From: Thalia democratica | Lineage: Eukaryota | Length of the DNA stretch: 64,000 bases | Reading direction: 5' to 3' | NCBI GenBank assembly: GCA_965202585.1 | Contig: OZ241831.1 | Coordinates: 25,978,001 to 26,042,000 of the forward strand | Part shown: positions 38,101-49,141 of the stretch, piece by piece | Layout of the letters: each line of letters starts with the position of its first letter | Numbering within the stretch: position 1 is the stretch's first letter | The notes under the pieces: generated by a model | Told to the model about the DNA's origin: nothing | The model's database searches: none | The model's input: the letters and a program-made list of their open reading frames with translations, nothing else | Position numbers and translations under genes: made by a program

Positions 38101-41100
38101 ACAATAAAAAACATAAATTATTTTATTTTTAGATACAATGGAGAAGTGGGAGATGTCATTGTGGGCAGGATTAAGGAAGTGCAACAAAAAAGATGGAAAG
38201 TAAGACATACATTTTGAGTATCATTTTTATTTTTTCAATGTTGTTGGATATTGTGTGATGAATTTAAAAATTAAACTTGCAACTGTTTTGTTATTCTTTT
38301 TTACATGTTTTACTTAAGGTTTTAAGTATGAAAGCTCTATAGACGGCCATAAAATTAAAATTTTGTGTCTACTAAATTTTGAGCAACTCTGTTACTTAGG
38401 AAATTTTCTTGCAAAAAATCTCTCTGAACACTTTTGAAATGCGTTTTAAGTAAATATGTAACAATATTAAAAATAAAAGAATGAACTAGAGTAAGACATT
38501 ATAGAAGTATTCAAAATTTAATTTTTAAACTCAAATCTTCATCAGAGTCTTTGTGTCAGTAAATCAGTTCTATTTTACAAGGGCACTAACTTCTGAATAA
38601 TAAATATAAGTCATTTTAAAAATTTGAATTTACCAAACAATACTAAAATTCGTGTTGTATTTAATAATTAAAAAAAAAAGCACTTAGGTAGACCTGTACT
38701 ATCTGATGAAATTCAACTTAATTACAAGTAAAAATTTCAGTTTTTTTATAAAAATTCCCCAACTTTAGGTGGACACGAACTCGCGACTGGACAGTAGGTT
38801 GGACCTATCAAACATCAATTTAAAAGGCGGAGAGCTGAGAAAGAGAACTGCTGCGGACCAGTTTGCGATGAGAGAGTACTTGAAGGAAGGCGATCTAATT
38901 AGCGCCGAAGTTCAAAATGTTTGTTTAAACTTGTATTTTTCTTTCATGTTCTCAACTTGAATTTTTAGTTTAGAGTTATTACGTCTATTTGCTTATGTTG
39001 TATTTATCTTTTATGTTATAAAAATCTTTGAAATAGATTAAAAGTTTGTAAAGGCTTAATTTAATTTACGAAATCACAAGCTTTGTTGTTATGACGTCAC
39101 AGGTGCACCAGGACGGTTCTTTGTCGCTTCACACGCGCAGCTTGCGCTACGGCAAACTGGGTCAGGGCGTGCTGCTGAAAGTGGCGCCGTCGCTGGTCAA
39201 ACGGCAGAAGAACCACCTGATCCACCTCAATGCTCAGTACAGCCAAGTCAACATCATACTGGGCAACAACGGCTTTGTGTGGATATCTCCGCCCGTCAGT
39301 AAGGAGAACACTGGTATGTTTGTGTTATACTGGGTAAGCTAGGTTGTTTTTTGATTATGTTTTAAGATTGGTTTAATGAGTAGTCTGTTTAAATATCTGT
39401 ATATTTGTTTTAGCAAGCAGTAAAGCAATTACAGTCTGGTGTACAGTATACTACCGCTTAAGTACGCACTTTTTTTGGTACGCATCACGCCTTAAGTACG
39501 CACTTATCCAGAAAGACAAAGTAAAGGATATTATACTAGAACTTCAAGAAATTCCAGTTTTTTTGCCTAAATTTTCAATCATCAAGTTTTTCCAGATTAT
39601 TTTATGTTTCCAGGTAGAATGGCCAACCTGCTGAGTTAGCCTGAAACTTTCACAATTTTTAAACTAGGGTGAGTAATCCTGAGTAGGCCAAGTGGCCTGA
39701 GATTGTGACAGTCCTGTTATTAAATGTTAACAAACTAAATACTTATGTTGTGGTTGCAGAAAAGTAAAAAGAATAATGATATTTGAGCTGTAATGCTATA
39801 AAATAAATAAATATAGATGACAAAGTTAAAAAAACCTACATATACAAAATAGCTAAGTCATAATTTAACTTAAATGTACATACATTGATGATTTTAAAAT
39901 GTTTGGTAAACACAAAGTAGTTTGGTACTTTCCCTCTAACAAAACAAAATGTAGCTTAATATTTTTTTTTAAATCATTGACTGACATTGACTTTCTATAT
40001 TAAATATATGTATTATTTATGTAGAAGCTTTTTATAGAAAAAATAAATCATTTTAAAATCTATTAAAAAAATTTGTAAATTAGAATTATGTTTTAAATGT
40101 TATTTGAAATAAATGACTTTTTTATTTGACTTAATTATTTGGTGGCTAGTTGTAAGAAAAAAAAAACAACTAAATTTCATATTATACTATATCGTCAAAA
40201 AGTACGCACTACCCGTGCTAAGTACGCACTTTTTGGTCGGGTTCAATTTGCGTACTTAAGCGGTAGTGTACTGTACTTGTTTGTTATAACAGATGTTTTT
40301 TTGACAATAATAGTTGAATGGTGTTAGCTACCTAAAAAATTGGTGTATGTTTTTTATTTAAAATGAATCAAATCTAGCGAAGTTATTTTATTTAGTAAGG
40401 AATTTAAAGTAAAATTAATATCAAATAGTAGTTGTTAATTTTTTTTATCTTTGGACCTTTATATTCTGTTTAAATATATAATATTGTTGTAACTATTTAT
40501 TATCTTAAAAAAAGAATATTTAAAAGCGTATGTTACAATAAGTTTAAACAATCACTTAATTAATATTTTCATACCATCTTTTTCCAAAGGATGCACTACT
40601 TTTTCAAGATATCAAAATCTAGTCTAACAAGTGCGTCAGTTGACAAAAACTTAAAAGCTTACAATTGCATTATGTTGTCACAACCGCTTTTTTGACGCCG
40701 TAACTAACTATAATGACGTTACGACAGGCGACGGGGGGTTCGAGTTGGACAAGTCGTTGGTGAGCATCGAAGACAGGGAGGTTATGTGCCGGGTGAGAAA
40801 CGTCATCACCAACTGTCTGGCTCCCCACTCAGTTTATTTGTACGACACTTCGGTGCAGTACGCCTACGAAGCTTCACTCGATTACGAGGTGGTTGATTCT
40901 ATGTTTTTTGTTTCAGTTTTGACTTAAATTCAATGCGATATTATTGGCATGCTAAGAATATGTTTCATCATTAATATGATGAGTAGAATTATGTTATTTA
41001 AATTTTTTTGTTACAACTTAAACATATCTTAATTACATGGACTAATAACTTTTCATGTTCAATATTGACGTAAACTTAAATTTATTGTATTTATTTAAGC

Positions 41101-41245
41101 TTATCAACTTTTTTCTTAAATCTAAAGTGTTTAAAGTAAATAAGTGAAAATTTTACAGCCCAAGGATATTTTAAAGGAAGAGGTAGCAGAAGAGATCAAA
41201 GAAAAAACTTTAGTGCAAATTCAAAGACTTAAAAACGGCCAATAA
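35166..41245 (+). CDS. EXOSC2: Exosome complex component RRP4, 7 coding exons
   Basis: Exons 35166-35295, 36885-36990, 38133-38199, 38769-38918, 39103-39313, 40728-40888 and 41159-41245. Motifs LVTPGD, MRGHGTY, IASVAG, RYNGEVGDVIVGRI, QQKRWKVDTNSRLD, EGDLISAEVQ, LHTRSLRYGKLGQG, IILGNNGFVWI and LYDTSVQYAYEASL. Confidence 0.96.
35395..35697. mobile_element. hAT-like MITE in EXOSC2 intron 1
   Basis: cagggc ... gcaaccctg; flanks atctagat/atctaagt (6 of 8 match). Confidence 0.45.
39444..40273. mobile_element. Tc1/mariner-pogo-type MITE in EXOSC2 intron 5
   Basis: TIRs cagtatactaccgcttaagtacgca / tgcgtacttaagcggtagtgtactg, TA on both flanks, subterminal aagtacgcac repeats. Confidence 0.8.
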
Positions 41246-41910
41246 CTATAGTTCTTTTTTAGTTAATTATTTACGATTAGTTTAATTTTAATAGTCACTT
41301 TTTTGAAATTTTGTATTTAGTTTAGAATATTAAGTTTTTTAAACTTTCGTTTCCTTTTCTTTTTTCTAATATTTAAGCTGCAGTTGAATTTAATTTGTTT
41401 ATAAAAAAGGTCTTTTTTTATAAATGTTAGTTAAATTTTAGATAGTTGTATCCCTGGTATTTCAATAATATTAATAAAGTTGATTTAGTTTATACTATAA
41501 CTTTATTTGTGAATTAGTTTAAAGAATGATGAATTTTTAAAAATTAATTTAATTTCTTAATTTTAATTTTTCTGGTAAAGATTCTGTTTAAGTAATTTCG
41601 TTGTTTTTTATATATAATAACTTAATTATACTAATATTTTAGTCAAAATTAGTTGGAAAGAAACAGCTTTTCAACAAAATAATAAAAGAGTAAATCATCA
41701 TAGTTTAATTTATTGAAGTTATACATTTTTTTAAATTACCGCTGTATCCAGAAAATTTTGATAATATACAATTTTTATATTTAGTTTTCAAATAAAAAAT
41801 GGGAAAGTAAACGTTGATTTAATAAAAACTTAAAAAGCTTAGTTCTATTGTGGTCAAAAATTTCAATTTCTTTTGAGTTATTGTTATAATACATAAAAAT
41901 ATAAAATTAT

Positions 41911-43525
41911 TAGTGATGTACCGAACTCACTATCCGGGTCCGGCCGGATATTGCCATTTTTGTCTGATATCCGGATCCGGCCGGATTCTAATTTGAAAAA
42001 AAAGTCCGGTTCCGGCCGGATTCTAATTTGAAAAAAATGTCCGGGTCCGGCCGGATCTCTGTTAGGATCTAGTTAGTAAAAAAGAGCATACTGAAAAGTA
42101 TTTTTTCATAAACAAACCCTGTGCAAATTAATAAGAGTCATTTTCGTCAGTTAAAATTAAACACCTACCGTGATTGGCTCATTTTGTACACGTGACTAAT
42201 TTACATTTGTTTACATTTAAACTATGAATTAAACGTTTCATAAAATGCAACTCTTTACATATGTTGTAAAATTGAAAACTTTAAAATGAATACTTGCATT
42301 ATTTATTGTTTAAAGTTGAGCTCAGAGAATATTTAGAGTTAATACTGTTGAATGTACGAGCCAATGAGAATCATATGATGAAATTTTTCAAACTAAATAT
42401 TGATGTAACAAAACTTCAGAACATGACAGGCAGTTTATATGTAAGCAGTTAGTTAGTTTGGTGTGTAGCTTGAAGCAACAAAATATCTTGAACGTTTTTG
42501 TGAATGCTTATTGTAAGTAGTGTTTTGTTTTAAAATTGAATATTTCAACAGGTGTTTAATTATTTAAATATTTAAGCCAGGTTTATAGTTTATTAAAAAT
42601 TTTGCAGTTTCTTGTTTACAAAAAGTTTTATTTAGTTTTTTGTTTAAAGTCTTTTGATATAGATTTAAGTAGCTTCCAGTTTTTAAAGTGTTACCAAATT
42701 AATTAATAATTTTGTATATGCTAGTATTTCTTCTTGTGTTTTATATAAAAGATTCATCACTCAAAACTGTCAAGTCTGATTATTGAAAGTAGTCTCAGTT
42801 AAAATTTAGTATTTGTTAGATATTAATTAAATAAGGTAGGATTTAATTATGATGGGTAGTACTAATAAGTTAAGTGTACCACAATCAGTCTACAACTTTA
42901 CTACCAAATTGTCAACCTTTGCTAGCTGTTCTACTGATTATTAGATTAAAGTATCTTTTTCAGTTTTTAAAAACCTCATTCTGACTCAGGCTTGTTTATA
43001 CTCACTCTAGCTAGTTTTATTGACTTAAACAGTGACAACCCTGCTAGTTTGAAAATTTTTGGGAATTTTAGAAAATCTTGGACTGCCTCAGGCTAGTTTA
43101 GTTTTTTATAAAAACTCAGGCTAGTTTTATTTTAGATTTTTAATGAGTTTGAGCTGATCCAGTTTTCAATATTTTGTAATTTTCTAGTGTATTTTGTTCA
43201 AGAACATGATTTCAGATTTTATATTGTAAATAACACCTAAATTTGTAAACCTTTTGGCTAGCTGTTCTTCTTATTATTAGATTAAAATTTTATTTTTTTC
43301 AGTTTTTAAAAGCCTCATTCTGACTCAGGCTAGTTTATTCTAGTGATGTACCGGACTAACTATCCGGGTCCGGCCGGATATTGCCATTTTTGTCTGATAT
43401 CCGGATCCGGCCGGATTCTAATTTGAAAAAAAAGTCCGGTTTCGGCCGGACTCTAATTTGAAAAAAAAGTCCGGTTCCGGCCGGATTCTAATTTGAAAAA
43501 AAAGTCCGGGTCCGGTACATCACTA
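41911..43525. mobile_element. hAT-like element with TAGTGATGTACCG TIRs and an internally duplicated left end (43341-43525)
   Basis: tagtgatgtaccg at 41911 and 43341, cggtacatcacta ending at 43525; flanks aaaattat/aaaattac; tandem ccgg(g/t)tccggccggattctaatttgaaaaaaaagt units. Confidence 0.65.
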
Positions 43526-44042
43526 AAAATTACCTACAAAAACTACAAATTTAATAAAAGCATATACTAACCTCAAAAAAGCTCTAAGAATTGGCAAGTT
43601 TTTTTTAAACAAATTAAGTTATGCAGAAATGTTACATCATAATATATTTAACAAATTAGTAAATAAGTTTTTCAGCTTAAAAACATGTAGTATTAAACTT
43701 AGTGTTTGTGATTGTATAGAAATGTTTAAGTAAGAAAACTACCTAAAGATTAATACGAATATTAAGTAATAGTTGTACTCTTTTCAGATTGTATTTTGAA
43801 AACTGGTTCTGGGTAGTTTTATAAAACTACTACTATAAATATTCTTTATATAGCTTAAATTTTATTAACCATCTATAACAGAATTGCAGGAGTAGTTTTT
43901 AAGTACATTTTTAATATAGTTGTACTTAAAAAACTTTGGATAACAAAAGGTTTCTTGTACATTAGAAAATATTTATCGAGATACAGTAAACTTTAATACT
44001 GTATTAGTATTACTTCAACACAAACAAATTGGTAGCAATAAT

Positions 44043-46364
44043 GGGAACCGTTCAGTTCGAACCCGCGCACAATTCCCACCCAATCAATTCCAAATCAAAT
44101 CCAACCCGATTCAAATCCAACCCGGTCATTTCCCACCCGATCAAATCCAACCCGATTAAATCCTACCCAAATCAAATCCCACCCGAGCATTTCCCATTCG
44201 AATCTAATCCCACCCGATCAAATCCCACCCAAATTAAATGCCACCCGATCAAATCCCACCCGATCATTTCCCACCCAAATCAATTCCAACCTGATCATTT
44301 CCCACCGGAATCAATTCCCATCCACATAATTCCTACCCGGTCAATTCCAACTATATTATCTAACTCGATGATTCTCGTACGAATTAAAAATTTTAATACG
44401 TTTGGAACTTACATCAAAAATTTAGTTTTTGTTATTTTAAAAATCATTTGAAATATGAAATTAGTAAGGTAAGAACGGTTTTTTATTTAAGCTAAAATTG
44501 TTACTGTTGCTTATTTTATCATGTTTTTAGTTTAATGTCATTTTTGTTAGTTGATAACTACGATAATTAAATAATTACGACTTGCGAGCAACAGAAAGTT
44601 GGTCTGTTACTTGAAAAATGCTATCATTGTTACTTAAGTTTAATCCAGATCAGGTTTAGATAATAATAAAGCTTTTAGGATTGGAACCATTTTCTATCAT
44701 GTTAATTAATTTATGTCCAATTGATTTCTTTTTGTACGAGTTGGAACAATTGATATTGACACTTAATTATATATTAGTTTTTAACTAATTATAAAATAAT
44801 ATAGTACTGTACAACATAGTTTTCTTTAATAAGAACTTTGGAATTTTAAAATTATATTAATGCTTATTTTAGTAAACTCTTGACCTAAATTACTTTTGTT
44901 CGTTGATTACTAGACTTTTTTAAGTAATTACGGCCGGCAAGGAAAATTTGCCTATGTTTTTTAAAATGCTTTTACGGCTTATACAATTCAGTCCAAATCA
45001 GGTTCAAAGCAAGTTCAAGTTTTTTTAGTTTCCAAAACATTTTTACAACAAAGTATTCTACGGTAACTGATTTATGTTCAATTAAATCTACCTTTGTAAC
45101 GACTATAGAAATTAATATTGCTCGGCATAATTATTTTAAATTGCAATTTTCGGAAAATATTCTGTTTTATTAAGCTTAATGTTTCATATTTCTTGTTTAA
45201 AAAAATACTTCTTAAGTTTAATTTAACAACAATTTTAAGTATTTGATGCCTGCGGTGCGAATAAGTTATTATAGAAAAATTGGTCTTTTTTTTTAAATAT
45301 TTGTTATTCAAAAAAGTTCTTATTTGGTTGTTATTCAATTTTTTCTTTAAGTCTTAGCTTTTAAACCAACTAAATTAATTGAGTACTATATCTACTTAAA
45401 AATGAGCTTATTTTGATTGTAACTATGAAGTTTTTTTTCTAAAACATATGTTTTATTATTTATGTGAAAATAGATAAGTTAAATAAAAATTAATACTTGA
45501 AAATAACTTGAGTTATAGCGTAACCGAGCGAATTTTCTTTAGCAGAGGACTAAATTTTCGTATTCACTAGTCGCAATATAACATATAAACATGCTCTCGA
45601 GCCACACTTTTACAAATATGGGCCACAGTTTGCCGAACTCTTGTGTAGTTCATTAAAAAAAAAGTTATTTCAGTGTTGCAGAGACATTTCTAGGCCTTTT
45701 CAAATGGAGAAGCACTATTTTTTGCTTTAGCTTAAAATGATTCTTCTTCTAACTATAAATAAAAGTTGTCTTTTAAATATATAAGCATCTGCTCAACTGA
45801 TAATATATTTGTTAATCATAGTATTTAAATACATAATGTTAAACTATCAATAACGTTTTTCAGTCAAATATCTATATTTTTTTTGTCTATTTCATGAATA
45901 GTTTCTCACTTAATAACCTTGCTAGTTTAGATCAGGGTTTCCCAAACTTTTTTCCTATTTGATTTGATCGGGTGGGAATTGATTTGGGTGGGAATTGATC
46001 GGGTGGGAATTAATCGGGTGGGAATTAATCGGGTGGGAATTGATTCGGGTGGGATTTGATTGGGTTGGAATTGATTTGGTTGGGATCTGATTCGGGTTGG
46101 ATTTGATCGGGTGGGATCTGATTCGGGTTGGATTTGATCGGGTGGGAATTGATCGGGTGGGATTTGATTCAGGTGGGAAATGATAGGGTGGGATTTGATT
46201 TGGGTGGGAATTGATCCGAGTGGAAATTAATCGGGTGGGAATTGATCGGGTTGAAATTGAATCGGGTGGGATTTGATCGGGTTGGAATTGATTCGGGTGG
46301 GATTTGATTCGGGTGGGATTTGAACGGGTTGGAATTGAGCGCGGGTTGGAAATGTTAGTATACC
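44043..46364. mobile_element. Foldback / Mutator-like element with inverted minisatellite arms
   Basis: Left arm about 44056-44350 (tcccacccgatcaaa units of 14-15 bp) and reverse-complement right arm about 45955-46351. Perfect 9-bp TSD agcaataat at 44034-44042 and 46365-46373; both termini start GG. Confidence 0.8.
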
Positions 46365-47224
46365 AGCAATAATATATCAGTTACTAATTTTTGTCTAAAA
46401 CCAATAGGTTATTTAACTAAAAAAAATGATAATCTAGTTAATGAACACAAGACCAAATAGACTTTTTGAAGGTTTAAAACCAATTTTTTTTAGACTGCTA
46501 ATTGTTTAAATTAATGTTCCGGACGGATCTGGCCATAAAATTTTAAGATCTCTGGATCTAACCATGTTTAATTTTGAAAAATAGATTCGAAACTAGTTCC
46601 AGCAAGTCCATCAAAATCAGTCCAATAATCAATTGCAGATCAGTCCAATAACTCAAGTGTTTTGAATATTTTATCTAACTATATGTCCAGCCGGAACAAG
46701 ATAGTATCATTTTTTCAAATTGTATTAATTTTATATTGAACTATGATCCCAATAAAGAGCTCAACTAGAAATGAGCAAATAAACATTAATAAGACTTATT
46801 AATATTCATTTTTTTCAAATCCAATCGGGACGGGAATTGAATTTATGGTTCAAATTAAGGTTGGTTTGATCTCGGCAAGTCGTGGCCGGATCCGGGCTTT
46901 GGATTAGTAGAACATTAGTTATACTACGTTCGGATCATTTAAAATTTTCTAAAATTAAGTAATCTTACGTAGATCCCTGATTTCTGTCAAGATTGCTACT
47001 ATTTCTGCCCAAGATGTAATCTAAGCAGACGAAAATTAATACTAAGTCTTAAGATATACTAATGTGCTCAGAAGATATCTTAAGATAATAAAACTTATAA
47101 CTTTTCTATTGATAATAAAAATGCCAGTTAATATGCCGCTTATACTTGGTTAAAAAGTAGTGTTGCATTACTAATTTCTCGTCGGTGACTAATAATTTTT
47201 AGAAGTGAATTATATAGCTCAATT

Positions 47225-47597
47225 GGGGACGGTTAAAGTATGCACGAAGACACTTTTGCACGAGTGACAGTTTTTTAAAAGAGTAGAAAAAAATAAACTA
47301 AAATTAAAAAAAAACTATTTTCCGATCAAGGGTTTGGGGTAACAGAGATAGTAAAAAAAAACTAAAATATACAAAAAGCAAAAAAAAATTATTATAAAAA
47401 ATAAAAAACCGACAAAGTATTAGGGGTAACAGTGATAGTGAGATATATTAAGAAGAAAAAATGGTTAGGTAACCAAGGGTTAGGGATAACAGTAATAGTA
47501 AAAAAAAAGATAAAAGTAAAATAATTAAAATTGAAAACAAAAAAACATGTTTCAATTCGTGCAAAAGTGTCCCTTCGTACATTTTCGACACCTACCC
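47225..47597. mobile_element. Mutator-like MITE, family A
   Basis: ggggacggttaaagtatgcac ... gacacctaccc; flanks agctcaatt/agctcagtc. Confidence 0.75.
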
Positions 47598-48858
47598 AGC
47601 TCAGTCAGTCAGTTTGTAATTTTTTTTTTTTAATTAATGTTTTTAAAAGTTTGCGAAATATTGGTTGATAATGTTAACCTCTCGCAAATGACATTACAAG
47701 TTACCAAAACATACATAAGAAGTTAAAACCACTGAAAAGTAAAGTTTAACAAACTCGAATGAATTTTAAAACTTTAGTATACAAACAAAATTCTAAAATA
47801 TGTATACATATAGTTGTTATAATACTCAAATTCTATGATTAATAACCAAATCAAATATTTTGAAATTAACTGATGAAAAATTAATAGAATTTAAAATTAA
47901 TAGAAACTATTGCAACTGACAGCATTGATATTTGTTTGGATTGTTTTGTTTTTACAAAACAAAAGATTATATAATAAACTATAAACAGAGCAGTTAAGAT
48001 CTAGTCTGTCGATTTTTTTATGAAAAAATAGGAGAAAATTAAAAAAAAATATTTTCAATACAGAGTTACCTGAAAAAGGTTGAATAGACAGACGACTAAT
48101 GAAGCTCAAACTAAAATTAAGAGTTTATCATTTTTAGTCCAAATTCTACACAGTCACTTACAACTTCTTTACTTAGTTGAAAGTTCTTTAATAGCTAGAT
48201 AGGTTTCATAAACCATTAAGTCCAGTCTAAACACTTTAAGAGTTTTGTATAACATAAACAGTATTCTTAATGTAGTTGTTAAAGGTAATACACCATCACT
48301 TGATTTAAAATCTTTTTATACTTACTAAACTGTCATTTTAGAATCTCAATGGTTTTTTGTTAGTCGTGAATAACATCTTTGAAAAGTTAATATCTAATTG
48401 TGTGGCAAGTTTAAAAGAGATCAGTTTTTTGTTCACGAACACTTTTAATATTTCAAAATGCTGAAAGATATGTAATGATAAAATATTTGAAACTATTCCA
48501 AGATCAAAAAAAGCTTATCGCTAATTAATTCTAGAATTGCTGTTCATTGAAATTCGTGAGCCGAAAACATCTAAAAAACGTGTTGTCTTTTAATTATATT
48601 TATACAAATAGTACGCTATGACATTTATTGTAATGTTTTAACGTTTTTAATTAGTTGTTAATGTGTCTTTTCGTCATCTTTTAATTTTCGGAATTTAGTT
48701 ATTTCCGAATTGAGATCAAATTCAGACCGTCATACAATAAATCTCAACTTTTATTTCATAAAAAAATATTTATTAAACGGTTTAATTTTTACACCTATTT
48801 CAGTATGACGTTAAACTATTAACAGACATTTATAAAACTGACCGAAGAAAAGCTAAAT

Positions 48859-49141
48859 CAGGGATCAGCAAACTTATTTACGGCGGCATAACTTTTACCT
48901 CATTAAAAAATATTTTTTTATTATAAGGAATGAAAAGTTTGTTTGTTTTTCATTTGAAAGTTCATTGTGCTGCTTATTCTATGTTAACTTTATTACACAA
49001 TTGCTGTTCTGTAAATTTTTGTTTTTAAGTTTCAAAAGTACTATGCCCCGCGAAGAAAATCTCACTTTAAATTAAATATGAACCGCTACGAGTTTTTTCA
49101 ATTAATTATGCCCATCCTTTACAAAAAGCAATGGACCCCTG
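48859..49141. mobile_element. hAT (Charlie-like) MITE
   Basis: cagggatcagcaaact ... ggacccctg; flanks about agctaaat/agctaaac. Confidence 0.55.

Noticed and set aside
41930-42055. Regularly spaced palindromic repeats resembling a CRISPR array (also 43360-43515)
   Set aside because: The spacers are identical, the context is eukaryotic, and the units are TIR-bounded transposon subterminal repeats.
44029-44451. 140-aa ORF with PIKSNP-like repeats
   Set aside because: It is the translation of the foldback element's minisatellite arm, not a gene.
46574-46605. TTGAAAA...GAAACTAGTT, hammerhead-like
   Set aside because: There is no helix I pairing; these words are common in AT-rich DNA.
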